This document shows, piece after piece, positions 29,731 through 41,202 of a stretch of DNA of 64,000 nucleotides (the stretch's first letter is position 1; every line of letters begins with the position of its first letter). The stretch spans positions 1,088,001 through 1,152,000 of the forward strand of contig CAWIIQ010000001.1 in assembly GCA_963836185.1 (NCBI GenBank). The letters are read 5' to 3'. The DNA is from Candidatus Krumholzibacteriia bacterium. Lineage in GTDB: Bacteria > Krumholzibacteriota > Krumholzibacteriia > Krumholzibacteriales > Krumholzibacteriaceae. A program made the position numbers and the translations under genes. The notes under the pieces were generated by a model. It saw nothing but the letters and a program-made list of their open reading frames with translations. It did no database searches and had not been told where the DNA came from.

Positions 29731-30513
29731 GTGACAATGAATCGTTCAATGCCTCGTCCAGGTACCGGAGGCGCGGTATCCGTGTTCTATATCCCGCTGA
29801 TGGCGCTGTTTCTCATGCTGGCGGGGTGCGTTCCTCCTCAGTCATATGATACTGATGAATACGATGAGATCTCTGTCTTTGACGAAATAGCCGAGGCAGA
29901 GCAGATCGCACTATATCTGGACTCCGACGTTCTTCTGGACAGGTTTCTGCTGAAGAGGGTCTTCTATGACATGACCCTGATAAGGGGCGCGTTCGCCAGA
30001 GAGATCGCGGCTGTGGAGAGTATCAGGTTCAAAGCTCCATGCAAGGACGGCAGGGTCATGATAGTCTTCGACAAGGAGATATACGATACCGTAACAGCCG
30101 GAAAATACCAGGATTGGACCGAGCTCAACGACCGATACCTCCCGTACGACGTCAGGACTGTCGACAAGTTGAGGAAGGTCTATCTTTATTTCGACGGACT
30201 GCTTGATTATCGTTCCCTGGCCGGAAAATACGCTGGCCTGCCGCACGTGATCTCCGCCGAATGTGTCGGGCACGTGGGCGATTCAGCAAACATATACCCG
30301 CGCAGGACAGATACAGGAATAGATTATCTCTTCAGGGACGCCTGGGGGACATGCTCGACAGGGTGCTCGAGCAACGAGTTCTACTACTTCGTATGCGAGA
30401 AGGACGATGCCGTCTATGTGGGCCACTGGAATCCGGAGGAACGCTCCAAGCCGCCTGAGTGGTGGCCCGTGGCGAGGAAATGTCTCCCCGAAGAGCTGAG
30501 GGAGCGATTCTGA
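29731..30513 (+). CDS. Lipoprotein
   Basis: LAGC lipobox. Confidence 0.6.
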   Translation: MTMNRSMPRPGTGGAVSVFYIPLMALFLMLAGCVPPQSYDTDEYDEISVFDEIAEAEQIALYLDSDVLLDRFLLKRVFYDMTLIRGAFAREIAAVESIRFKAPCKDGRVMIVFDKEIYDTVTAGKYQDWTELNDRYLPYDVRTVDKLRKVYLYFDGLLDYRSLAGKYAGLPHVISAECVGHVGDSANIYPRRTDTGIDYLFRDAWGTCSTGCSSNEFYYFVCEKDDAVYVGHWNPEERSKPPEWWPVARKCLPEELRERF

Positions 30514-31350
30514 AGACCGGATATTTAATACTGGCTTCGTTGATCTTCCTTCAGGCCTGCGCCGGGGACGGGGACGGCGGTACGGCGAGCGAGGGATCTC
30601 CCGGCCGTGCCGTATCGACCGTAGATACGATAGCAGCAGAGGGCAAGAGAGGGACATACCTGGCACGTGGTTCTTTTACCGGCGGTGAGGTGACCGACGG
30701 CAGGGACGTTCATGATATCGAGTGGTCAGCACATGAAGGGTTTGAGCGTATCGAGATACGGATCCATGAGGCGAAATGGGGCGACAGTCAAAACGCTAGC
30801 CCTGTCGCAGTGCCGTGCCGCTTCAGCGTCACCAGGGAGGATTTTCCCGCGCGGCTGCTGGTCGTGGTAAGCGGCACAAGGATGTTCAGCGCTCAACCGC
30901 CTCATCTGCCTGCCGCGGCCCTGGTTGCGGGATTCTACAGGATCGTCTATCTCGACGATTCCGGAGCGATGTTCGCGTTCGACGTCAAACCCGACACGGA
31001 ATTCGAAGTCTTCGAGAAGCACGACCCGGCAGTCATCGTCATCGATATCCGGGAGGCCCCCGGGGGGAAGCCGGGGTGGACCCGAGAAGGTATTCTCACT
31101 CCGGTCCTCATCCTGGCCACATGGAGAACGTCTGGGCCATTTCCAGGAAGAATTGATCAGAGCCGGGGCATCAGGCTCCCGGATAATCCGGGACGCCGAA
31201 GGAGAGTACTTCGTCGAAGAGGGATTGTATCCCGCCAAGAAAGAGGCGGCGGAGCGGCAGAGATTCCTGGCCGAGAAGGGTTGGGTCCTGTACATCGAAC
31301 AGCGGGGAGAAGGCGATAAACCGCGATATATCGAGCCTGAACAGAAATAG
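30510..31350 (+). CDS. Lipoprotein with AMIN-like and possible SPOR-like domains (frameshift)
   Basis: LQAC lipobox; FEVFEKHDPAVIVIDI. Confidence 0.5.
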
Positions 31351-31380
31351 CTGCAGGCAATTTCCATATGAAAGGCAGTC

Positions 31381-31887
31381 ATGATAAAGAGATCGATTTT
31401 GTTTGTCGTACTGACCGGGATCGTTCTAGCGTGCTGCGGTACAGGCTGCAGGGAACAGCTCCAGGCAGAGCCGCCCGCTTTGGCCGGTAATGATCTCATC
31501 ATAGCCGTCGCGCTCCGAAAGTTTATGGCCATTGATAACGATAAGTACGGATACGACTACACATATATCTTTCTGACCGTGCTCGGAGAGGATCCCAGCA
31601 GGGATTTCATGGACTATTTCAATGATCTGTTTGCGCAGGTTCTGCCTGGATCGAAGATGGAGGAATCGAGGTATGGTTACGAGGGACTCCCTCAGACAAA
31701 GGGCATATGGGTACGCTTCGAGGCGGTCGATTTCAAAACTGTCTCGGAAGAGGAGGCAAATGTGACCTGCCAGAGATTCGGGTACAACATGGAGAGTCCA
31801 ATGGTGAGCCTCAGGGTACAGCTTGTCGATGGACGGTGGACAGTCACCAGCGTCACCGGCGTCGGCAGCGAGAAGCTCCTTCAGTGA
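31381..31887 (+). CDS. Lipoprotein
   Basis: Signal peptide with Cys. Confidence 0.55.
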   Translation: MIKRSILFVVLTGIVLACCGTGCREQLQAEPPALAGNDLIIAVALRKFMAIDNDKYGYDYTYIFLTVLGEDPSRDFMDYFNDLFAQVLPGSKMEESRYGYEGLPQTKGIWVRFEAVDFKTVSEEEANVTCQRFGYNMESPMVSLRVQLVDGRWTVTSVTGVGSEKLLQ

Positions 31888-31909
31888 CGGCGAGCGAAGG
31901 AGGATCGTT

Positions 31910-32329
31910 ATGAGTAAGGACAGATACGAGAGAGGACTCGATAAATTCAGGGAAGTCGACGGAAAGGGCGGCCAGAAGGCTGTCGATGACCTGGAAGAGC
32001 TTGTCCCCGAGATCGGCCGTTACCTGATAGAATATCCTTTCGGCGACATATATTCCCGTCCGGGACTCGATCTGAAAACAAGGGAACTGGCTGCTATCGC
32101 GGCGCTTGCGGCCATGGGGGATTGTGAGCCGCAGCTGCGCGTGCATATACACGCGGCACTCAATCTTGGATGTTCCAGGCAGGAAGTCGTGGAGGTGATC
32201 CTGCAGATGAGCGTGTACGCGGGATTTCCCAGGTCGATCAACGCGATGTACGCGGCTAAGGATGTTTTCGCGAAAAGAAAGTCCAGCGGCAAAGATAGAG
32301 CATCTACTCCTGAAGATCCCACCTCTTGA
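31910..32329 (+). CDS. Carboxymuconolactone decarboxylase family protein
   Basis: FGDIYSRPGLDLKTREL, HIHAALNLG, YAGFP. Confidence 0.88.
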   Translation: MSKDRYERGLDKFREVDGKGGQKAVDDLEELVPEIGRYLIEYPFGDIYSRPGLDLKTRELAAIAALAAMGDCEPQLRVHIHAALNLGCSRQEVVEVILQMSVYAGFPRSINAMYAAKDVFAKRKSSGKDRASTPEDPTS

Positions 32330-32402
32330 ATAAACCTGAAACCTGTAAGCCAGTAGAACGTAGAAATAGAAGAGCGTACGGGTGTCATTCGAGAGGTGAG
32401 AG

Positions 32403-33054
32403 ATGAAAAATGTCTTACGATATGTCCGAAGCAGGGATTTTGTCTTCTACGTGGCTTTCCTGCTCGTTCTCGTCTGTGTCAGGTCCTCGGTTTTCGCGAG
32501 CTATCACGTGCCGACCGGATCGATGAATCCTACGATCCTCGAGGGTGACTTCTTCTTTACCAACAAACTGGCCTACAGGCTGAAGGTCCCGTTTACGAAG
32601 ACCAGCGTGATCGAATGGGGCATCTCCGTCAAGGGGCGAGATGGTCATCTTCAAGTTCCCCGAGAACGAAAGGGAGCTTTATACGAAGAGAGTCATCGGG
32701 ATCCCGGGCGACATCATCGAGATGCGCGGCGGCAGGCTGTTCGTGAACGGCCAGGCAGCGACCGGGGAACAGACCGGAACGAAAAACGGTATAGAATTCT
32801 ACAGGGAGACTCTCGGCGGCAGGGAATATACCGTTCAGCACATACCGGGCAGGAGTTACATGGCCGATGTTCCGCCGGTCGTGGTGCCGAAGGGACATAT
32901 CTTCGTGATGGGCGACAACAGGGACAACAGCTACGACAGCAGGGCATGGGGATGCCTGCCTCTCGTCAACGTGGAGGGTGAACTTTTCGCCAGATGGTTC
33001 TCGTTCGATATCAAAGGTCTGCGTCCAAGGTTCGAAAGGATCGGGCCTGTCTGA
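32403..33054 (+). CDS. lepB: Signal peptidase I (frameshift)
   Basis: VPTGSMNPTILEGD, KRVIGIPGD, MGDNRDNSYDSR. Confidence 0.85.
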
Positions 33055-33202
33055 CGGGTTCATAGATATATTCTGTTCAGCCCGCGGTACAGCCGGGAGC
33101 CGAAAGGCCCCGGCTGTTGCGTATTCGGGCGAATCGCATTGATGAAGTGCGGTCGCGGGTGTAATATCCGCGGGAAGGCATCAACAAAAGAGAGGACCCG
33201 AT

Positions 33203-33959
33203 ATGAAGATAGATCTGACCGGAGTAAAGGCGCTTGTAACGGGAGGGAGCAGCGGAATAGGCGAGGCGATATCGGTAACACTGGCCGAATGCGGAGCCGT
33301 GGTGGGAGTGCATTACAACACCGGAGGCGAGAAGGCCCGGCAGATGGCCGAACGGTTCGCAAACGGATCCGCGGCATTCGAAGCCGACCTCTTCGATCCT
33401 GAGGCCGCCGGAAGATTGTTCGTGACCGCGTCGGAGAGCCTTGGAGGAATCGATCTGCTCGTCAACAACGCCGGTATTTTCATCCCGGCGCATCCAGCCG
33501 GCGGGTACGAAGACTGGATGAAGGTCTGGGAGAGCACGATCGCGGTCAACCTGACCTCGACCGGCGTTCTCTGCAGGGCGGCGATAGAACATTTCAGCGG
33601 ACGCGGGGGAAGGATAGTCAATATCGCTTCGAGGGCTGCGTTCAGGGGTGAGACGGCCGACTATCTCGCGTACGCCGCGTCAAAAGGCGGCATGATATCC
33701 CTGAGCCGATCGATCGCCAGGTCGTTCGGCAAGGAAGGGATCAAGTCGTTTACGATCGCTCCCGGATATGTCCGTACACCGATGACCGAAAAGTACCTCG
33801 AGAAACATGGCGACGAGATGGTGGCGAACGAACTTGCGCTCGACGAGATGACAGGATCCTGATGATATCGCTCCGCTCGTGGCCTTTATCGCGGCGGGAA
33901 GACTCGATCACGCGACAGGATGTTCGATAGATATCAACGGGGGAAGTTATATCCACTGA
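33203..33959 (+). CDS. SDR family oxidoreductase (3' frameshift)
   Basis: TGGSSGIG, NNAG, YAASK. Confidence 0.88.
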
Positions 33960-33976
33960 TGCTTCCGCGCGGGGTC

Positions 33977-35311
33977 CTAGATATCCCTGAGAAGGACATT
34001 CTCCGGAGAATTCTCCATCGCTTCGCCGAACGAATCCATTATGGCGGTCAGCCTGGCGAACTGCGGCGAGTCGTTCGCGGGAGCAGTATCGCTGCCGAGT
34101 TTCTCCAGCGTGTCGACTACGCATTTCACGGTGAAGTGATTGATGTCGCATGCCGGTTGAAAAGCCGGATCCTGTCCCTTGGACCCTCTCAGTCTTTGAC
34201 AGCATCCCTTCATCGGCAAGTTCCGAGAGGATCTGTCTGACAAGGCGGACGGGCATTCCCAGTTCTTCCCCGATCTCCACAGCGGTCATAGGTGCGAGGC
34301 CGTCGGCGAAGTTTCTGATCACCTTCCAGGCAACGAGAAGGCCGAGACGTTTCTTGCTCCGCCAGCTGATGTGAAGTGAGTCGATCTCGGACTGGTACAT
34401 GCCGACGTTCTGTATGGCGAACGATATCTCCGCCCCGACGAGCACCAGCAGCCAGCTCATCTGGATCCATATCAGGAAAAGAGGGAGGGCGGCGAGGCTT
34501 CCATATATAGCGTTGTTTTTCGATACCCCGATCTGGAAGGCGATATAGATCCACTGGACGAGACGGTAGAGGTTCCCGCCACGACCGCCGCGTAGAAGGC
34601 TGACTTGAAGCTGACCTTCGTGTTGGGAAGAACGATATAGATGAATGTCAGCAGCCCCCATATCAGGAAGAACGGGAGGATATTGAAGATCAGCCATGAG
34701 ACAGGGCCCCGGGCATCGCGCAGTACCGTCGAATCGAGAAGCGAGATAAGCCGGGTCGAGATGAACCCCGAGAGACTCGTGTAGATGATCAGGCCGACGA
34801 CAGTCACTATCAGAATGGCCGTGTAGTCGCTGAACTTGCGAACGATGCTGCGGTCCTTGTGGATGTTCCAGATATCGTTGAAGGCGGCCTCGAAGTTCCC
34901 CAGGACCTTTATCAGTGTATAAAGCAGGACGACGATACCGACTCCCGCTACGATCCCGCCCTGAGTAGTTTCCAGCAGCGAATTTGCGTACTCGACTATC
35001 TTCGCTATCACTGTCTCGTACCCGGGATAGTTCTTGTAGAGAGTGTCCTCGATCATCTTGTCGAATCCGAATCCCTTCGCTATCCCGAAAACGATAGCTA
35101 CGACGGGCACGATGGACAGCAGCGAGTAGTAGGTCAGGGCCGACGCCCTGACGTTCAGCTTGTCTTCCTGGAATCCCTTCAGCGAGAGGACGAGGATCCT
35201 GAGCTGGCTTACCAGCAGCGCCCGGACTTTCGAAAGGTCCTCGAGACGAAGCTTCCAGATATCGACGGTGAGGAAGGTTATCACTCTCCTGATACCGTTT
35301 ATCGGATTCAT
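33977..35311 (-). CDS. YihY/BrkB family membrane protein with C-terminal HTH (frameshifts)
   Basis: RASALTYYSLLSIVP, AIYGSLAALPLFLIW. Confidence 0.85.
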
Positions 35312-35478
35312 AGTTCTCCCCTGACAGAACCGCGACAGCCGTTACGGCCCGAATCATAGGATGGTAAAAGCCCCCGTGACAAGTCGAATGTGCCGCGCCC
35401 AATATTGATATTAATTCTGGAAGAGCGGCGCCGGCCGCCTGTATAATCCAGATACTGACAACAGAAAGGAGCCGGGAC

Positions 35479-36090
35479 ATGTTTGAATCACAGCGAGCCT
35501 TCGCCATCTTCTCGATCATCGCCGGAATTATCGTATGCTTCTGGGGCTACCGTCTTTTCAAGGTCGTTCTGGGCATTGCGGGCTTTATCGCCGGCGCCGT
35601 GCTTTTCTACCATTTCGGAGCGCAATATACGGCTAACATGATAGTCCTCGTGATTCTGGCTGTATTCGGCGGGCTCATCGGCGCTTCTCTCTCTCTGGCG
35701 TTCTATTATATCGGGCTCTTCCTGCTCGGCGCCCTCGCGGGCTGGCAGCTCGGATTTCTTATAGCGACCGCTATCAACATCGAATTTGTCATCATCATCC
35801 CGATCATCGCGGCGATCTTCGTAGGATTCCTGGCCTGTTTCTTCCAGAAACCGGTGATCATAATCGCAACAGCGCTGATCGGCGCGTGGAGCGTGGTGAC
35901 TGGCGGCTTCTACTTCTTCGGCACAGGGATAATCCCGACCGACCTCTTCCGCGATCCGTTCATGCTGGTCGAAAGCCTCCGCGAGACGAATCCGGTAGTC
36001 ATCCTCGCATGGATCGTACTGAGCATCGCCGGGATGATATTCCAGTTCAGCTGCCGTGTGCCGGGAACGGCCGGAGAGAAGGGGAAATAA
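35479..36090 (+). CDS. DUF4203/TMEM198-like membrane protein
   Basis: CFWGYRLFK...GFIAG. Confidence 0.75.
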   Translation: MFESQRAFAIFSIIAGIIVCFWGYRLFKVVLGIAGFIAGAVLFYHFGAQYTANMIVLVILAVFGGLIGASLSLAFYYIGLFLLGALAGWQLGFLIATAINIEFVIIIPIIAAIFVGFLACFFQKPVIIIATALIGAWSVVTGGFYFFGTGIIPTDLFRDPFMLVESLRETNPVVILAWIVLSIAGMIFQFSCRVPGTAGEKGK

Positions 36091-36093
36091 GGG

Positions 36094-37550
36094 ATGGAGC
36101 ACCAGGGACAGATCCTGGCGGTAATGATCGCCTATCTCTCTCTTGTCATCCTGTGGGGACTGTATCAGGGTAGAAAGGTCAAGTCAGAGGCCGACTACTC
36201 GATCGCTGGAAGGAACCTTCCCGGCTGGGCGGCCGCTCTTTCCGAAAGGGCGACGGGTGAATCTTCCTGGGCCCTGCTCGGCCTGCCCGGAGCTGCGTAT
36301 GCGACAGGCCTTCTCGAGACATGGACGGCGATCGGTTGCGTCGCCGGCATAATCACCGCCTGGGCAGGGATCGCCTGGCGGCTGCGCGACGAGGCCGAGA
36401 AGTACGAGATCAACACGTTCACGCAATATATAGCCCGGCGGCACGGCGAGTTCGAGAAGTGGATAAGGATCGCAGGCAGTTTCACGATAGTCTTCTTTTT
36501 CTTCTTCTATGTCGGGGCGCAGTTCCTCGGCGGCGGGAAGACCCTCTTTACAATATTCGGGCTCGATCCGAGGCTCGGGATGCTGATCACCGCCGTGATC
36601 ATAGTCCCTTACACGATATACGGTGGATTCAGGAGCGTCGTATATACAGATGTCGTTCAGGCGATCGTGATGATCGTCGCGCTGGTAGTCGGCCCGATAG
36701 CAGGGTTCATATACCTGATGAAGGCGCCCGACGTGTTCGCACGCTCGGTCCCCGAGGCTCTCAGGCTCTCCGGGCCGGCGAGATGTTCGATGACCGGCGC
36801 CTTTTCAGGATTCGCGGCGGGGGCGGGGATAATGGGAGGCCTATCGTGGTTCTTCGGGTACCTCGGAGGCCAGCCCCAGCTCAGCACGAGGTTCATGGCG
36901 ATCAGGGATACGCGGAACGCGCGGCTCGGCAGAAACATCGGGATAGCCTGGACAGTTCTCGCGTATGCGGCGCGCTCGCGATCGGCTGGATCGGCCTCGC
37001 GATATTCGGCCCCGACGGTCTGAAGGACTGCGAGTTCGTGATGCCGATGGTGATGTTCAGGATCTTCCCCGATATCATCGCGGCGATCCTCGTGACAGGC
37101 GCTATAGCGGCGATGATATCGACTGCCGATTCCCTGCTGATCCTCTCTTCGACCGAACTTTCAGAGAATCTCATCGGCGCGATCGGGGAGAAAAAGGCGC
37201 ACAGGCTGAGCGATCTTTCACGATCGAGGGTCACGACTGCGATCCTGGCCGCTATCGCCCTCTGCGTCGCCTACATATTCCCGTCGAGGCTGATATATAC
37301 GCTTGTGGGATTCGTATGGGCCGGGATCGGATCGACATTCTCGGTCGTGATCCTGCTGACGCTCTTCTGGAAGAGGTATCACGGAAAGGCGGTAGTCATC
37401 ACGATCATCGCGGGAATGCTGTTTACAATCGTCTGGAACGTCACGGGGATGGAGAAGGTGCTTACAGCACGCTTTACGACATTCGTCTTTGCCGCCGCTG
37501 TAGCGGTTATCTCGACATACGTGATTCCATCGGGGAGGGCAGATCGATGA
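36094..37550 (+). CDS. Sodium/proline (SSS family) symporter (frameshift)
   Basis: ALSERATGESSWALLGLPG, GGFRSVVYTD, AAMISTADS. Confidence 0.85.
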
Positions 37551-38056
37551 TCGAACTGAGGCCGGCGACGAAAGGCGACATACCGGCGATCACCGAGATA
37601 TACAACGACGCGATCCTCAATACGGTTGCGACATTCGACCTGGAGATAAAGAGCGTCGAGGAGATGCTGCGCTGGTTCGAAAAGCACGGCGAGGACTATC
37701 CCGTGGTCGTATGCCTGTCAGAGGGACGGATCGTGGGGTACGCTTCGCTCAACGAGTATTCGCCCAAGAAGGCATACGCCGCGACGGCGGAGGTATCGGT
37801 CTATATCGACAGCGAAAAGAGGGGAGAGGGATTCGGGCGCACTTTGCTCGGTGCTGTTATCGAGGCCGGGATGAGGAAGGGTATCCACGCCATGATCGCC
37901 AGGATCACGGAAGGAAACGATATCAGCGTGCACCTCTTCGAGGAATTCGATTTTTCACATGTCGGAAAGCTCAGGGAAGTCGGCACGAAATTCGGGCGCC
38001 TGCTTGACGTCGACATCTACCAGAGGACACTGGATGATTCCGGGAGGGAAAGATGA
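37547..38056 (+). CDS. Phosphinothricin-type GNAT acetyltransferase
   Basis: IYNDAILNTVATFD, EVSVYI, VGTKFGRLLDV. Confidence 0.85.
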   Translation: MIELRPATKGDIPAITEIYNDAILNTVATFDLEIKSVEEMLRWFEKHGEDYPVVVCLSEGRIVGYASLNEYSPKKAYAATAEVSVYIDSEKRGEGFGRTLLGAVIEAGMRKGIHAMIARITEGNDISVHLFEEFDFSHVGKLREVGTKFGRLLDVDIYQRTLDDSGRER

Positions 38057-39087
38057 AGAAGAGATCAGCCGCGTGGATATGCCTGACTTTGATCGTGGTC
38101 GTATTGTCGGGGGGCTGCGCCCGGCATGAGGAAGAAGGGCCGGTACTCTGGCCGGAGCTGGAACCTTACGAGACGGGATATCTCAAGGTGTCGGATACGC
38201 ACGAGATATATTACGAGTTCTGCGGCAATCCCGGGGGCAAACCGGTCTTTGTCCTGCACGGGGGGCCCGGGGCGGCATCGGTCTCGTACTACAGGCGATT
38301 CTTCGATCCGGAGAAGTTCCACATCGTTCTGCACGATCAGCGCGGCTGCGGGAACTCAAAGCCGTTTCTCGAGCTCGAGGGCAACACAACATGGGACCTC
38401 GTAGAGGATATCGAGAAGCTCAGGGAGCATGCCGGGGCCGGGAAGATCATCCTCTTCGGCGGATCGTGGGGGTCGACCCTGGGGCTCGCGTACGGGGTGA
38501 CTTATCCGGATAAAGTCGAGGGTATGATCCTCAGGGGGATATTCACCGCGACCGCCGAGGAATTCGAGCATTATTACTGCGGTGGTGCAGAGTACTTTTT
38601 CCCCGACGTGTACAGGTCCCTTCAGGCGGTCATGCCTGAGAAATCCCCGTGCATATCGCCCGAGTACATCTACAAAAGTATCCTCGAGGGAAGCGATGAG
38701 GAAAAGAAGAGGTTGAGCATCGCGTGGGTCGAGTACGAGGGGGGGATAGCGACGCTAGAGCCCCGGTTCATCGATGGTGAGAAATGGTGGAGCACCGAAA
38801 GTGGCAGGAAGATACTTCTCGGACTGGCCGTGATCGAGAACTACTACATGGCAAACAGTTGCTTTCTCGAAGAGGGCGAGCTTCTTGACAGGGCGCCGGT
38901 GCTCGCCGGAGTGCCCATCACACTGATAAACGGCCGCTACGATGTCATCTGCCCCCCTCTTTTCGCTCTCAGGGTCCATGAGAGGCTCCCCGGATCGAAG
39001 CTCATCATCACGGAGAGGTCGGGGCACTCGATGGGAGAGCCGGAGACCGAGAAGGCCATGCTCGAAGCTGTACGTGATTTCGAATAA
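38053..39087 (+). CDS. pip: Proline iminopeptidase with lipoprotein signal
   Basis: LHGGPG, DQRGCG, FGGSWGSTL, GRYDVICP. Confidence 0.88.
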   Translation: MKKRSAAWICLTLIVVVLSGGCARHEEEGPVLWPELEPYETGYLKVSDTHEIYYEFCGNPGGKPVFVLHGGPGAASVSYYRRFFDPEKFHIVLHDQRGCGNSKPFLELEGNTTWDLVEDIEKLREHAGAGKIILFGGSWGSTLGLAYGVTYPDKVEGMILRGIFTATAEEFEHYYCGGAEYFFPDVYRSLQAVMPEKSPCISPEYIYKSILEGSDEEKKRLSIAWVEYEGGIATLEPRFIDGEKWWSTESGRKILLGLAVIENYYMANSCFLEEGELLDRAPVLAGVPITLINGRYDVICPPLFALRVHERLPGSKLIITERSGHSMGEPETEKAMLEAVRDFE

Positions 39088-39100
39088 AGGAGGTTGATCG

Positions 39101-39652
39101 ATGAATGGAAAATCAGTTCTCGCGATAGTCCTCGCCACACTGGCGATCTTCGTCTGGGGAGCGGCATTCTGGATGAATCCTCTGCCGAACAGGATGTTGA
39201 AGGATACGGGAGCCGACGAAGCCTTACAGGACCTGATGAAAGAGAATATGACTGAAAGCGGCCTGTACATGCTCCCCTCGTCTCACCTCGAGAAGGCCGA
39301 GATGCAACGGCTATACTCGCGCGGCCCGATAGCGATGATATTCTATCACCGCGAGGGTATGGTGGAGATGAACAAGACCTCGCTGTTTTACAGCCTGATA
39401 CACAACCTGTTCTCAGTCGTGCTGCTCGCGCTTCTGATGCATATGGTACGAGGCAGTCTCGTCACGTACGGGTCGAGGATCATTTTCGCCGGGCTGGCCG
39501 GACTTGGTATGGCCTTCTTCTCGAATCTGACGAACGCGATCTGGTTCTTCTATCCATGGGACTACGCCCTTACCGGGCTGATCTATGACGTTACGATCTG
39601 GATCGTCGCCGGACTCGTGCTTGGAAGGTTCATCAGGCCCTCTGCGGCATAG
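39101..39652 (+). CDS. Membrane protein
   Basis: AGGAGG RBS; 4 TM segments. Confidence 0.65.
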   Translation: MNGKSVLAIVLATLAIFVWGAAFWMNPLPNRMLKDTGADEALQDLMKENMTESGLYMLPSSHLEKAEMQRLYSRGPIAMIFYHREGMVEMNKTSLFYSLIHNLFSVVLLALLMHMVRGSLVTYGSRIIFAGLAGLGMAFFSNLTNAIWFFYPWDYALTGLIYDVTIWIVAGLVLGRFIRPSAA

Positions 39653-39778
39653 GGCATGAGAGCGAAAAAAGGCGATCATCGCTGCCCGGAGAGCTGAATA
39701 ACGACCAGGCAGGGACCACGCCCCAATGTATAACCACCTCTTATTAAATAAGATGTGAAAAATCTGCGTTTTTTCAAG

Positions 39779-39848
39779 GTGTATTACTTGACATATACAC
39801 TGTTCGTGGATATATTGTCGATATGAGTGTATTACTATACTAATTCAC
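39779..39848 (+). promoter_or_regulatory. Promoter with two YtrA-type GntR operators
   Basis: TTGACA(39788)-17 nt-TATATT; GTGTAT-N10-ATACAC (39779-39800) and GTGTATTA...TAATTCAC (39827-39848). Confidence 0.65.
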
Positions 39849-39885
39849 TATTGCGCCATGGAGGCGAACCCGAAAGGACAGCGAG

Positions 39886-40311
39886 ATGCTCATAGTAGTG
39901 GATCCGCACAGCGGGGTACCCGTCTACAGGCAGCTGATGGACCAGATCAGGTTCCATATATCGAGCGGTATGCTCAAACCGGGTGATGAGCTTCCTTCGA
40001 CCAGGGTGCTTTCCCAGCAGCTGGGGGTCAACCCTATGACGATCAGCAAGGCCTACAGCTTTCTCGAAAGAGACGGTGAGATCGAAAGACGCCCTGGCCG
40101 GCCGCTGATCGTCAGTGAGATGGGTCAGCAGGGGAGCATGGAACGCAGAACCGAGCAACTCCGGGAAAGTCTCGCGTCATCAGTGACAGTAGCGAGACAG
40201 CTCGGAATCGGTCCCACCGAGGCGGTAGGGATATTCATCGATATGTTCGGGAGGTCCATCGACGGCCAGCCGGAAAAGAAAGAATCGGATAAAGAGGAGG
40301 AGCAGTCATGA
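39886..40311 (+). CDS. GntR (YtrA subfamily) regulator
   Basis: PVYRQLMDQI, LPSTRVLSQQLGVNPMTISKAY. Confidence 0.88.
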   Translation: MLIVVDPHSGVPVYRQLMDQIRFHISSGMLKPGDELPSTRVLSQQLGVNPMTISKAYSFLERDGEIERRPGRPLIVSEMGQQGSMERRTEQLRESLASSVTVARQLGIGPTEAVGIFIDMFGRSIDGQPEKKESDKEEEQS

Positions 40312-41202
40312 CAGTCATAGAATTCAGCGGGATCCACAGATCCTTCGTCAGTGGAAAAGACGTTCTCGACGGGGTGACGATGTCGGTGAAAAAAGGTGAT
40401 GTCGTCGGTCTGCTCGGGCGCAACGGTGCCGGCAAGACCACACTGCTCAGGATTGCGATGGGGATGCTCGAAGCGCAGAAAGGGAGCGTCAGTGTTTTCG
40501 GTATGGATCCGCGAAAGAGGCCAGAGGATGTAAAGAGAAGGATCGGGTACGTCTCAGAGGACCAGGTCCTGCCCGAGTATCTGAGGGTGAGGGAGATCAT
40601 CGGGCTGTACAAGAGCCTCTATCCGGGCTGGGATGAGGACCTCGAGACCGGGCTCGTCAGGCAGGTTCGACCTGCCCCTTGACTCGAAGATCCGTTCGCT
40701 CAGCAAGGGGCAGGCGAGGCAGGTAGCCCTGGTCTGCGCTATCAGTCACCGTCCCGAGCTGCTCATCCTCGATGAGCCTGCCGGCGGGCTCGATCCGATG
40801 GCGAGGAGAGAGTTCCTCGAGACATCGATACAGATGCTCAACGAGACAGGCTCCACGATCCTTTTCTCGTCTCACTATATGACCGACGTCGAGAGGCTCG
40901 CGAGGCGCGTCGTCCTCATCCATGAGGGGAGGATCATGATCGACAGCGATCTCGATTCGATGAGGGAGAACTATTCGCTCTGCCTGCTTCCGCTTACCGA
41001 AGGGATCGATTCTGACAGAGTCAGGCAGCTGGCCGGCTGCATGGCGGTGAGGGAACGGGCCGAAATCATGCACGCCGTATTCAGTTCGAGGCCGGAGGAA
41101 TCAGGTTCGATCATCGAGAGGGAGCTCGGAGTAAAGGATGTGAATTGCCGAAGGGCGGACCTCGAGGAGATGTTCATAGAACTCGTGGGAGGTCAGCTGT
41201 GA
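40308..41202 (+). CDS. ABC transporter ATP-binding protein (frameshift)
   Basis: GRNGAGKT, LSKGQ, LILDEP. Confidence 0.88.
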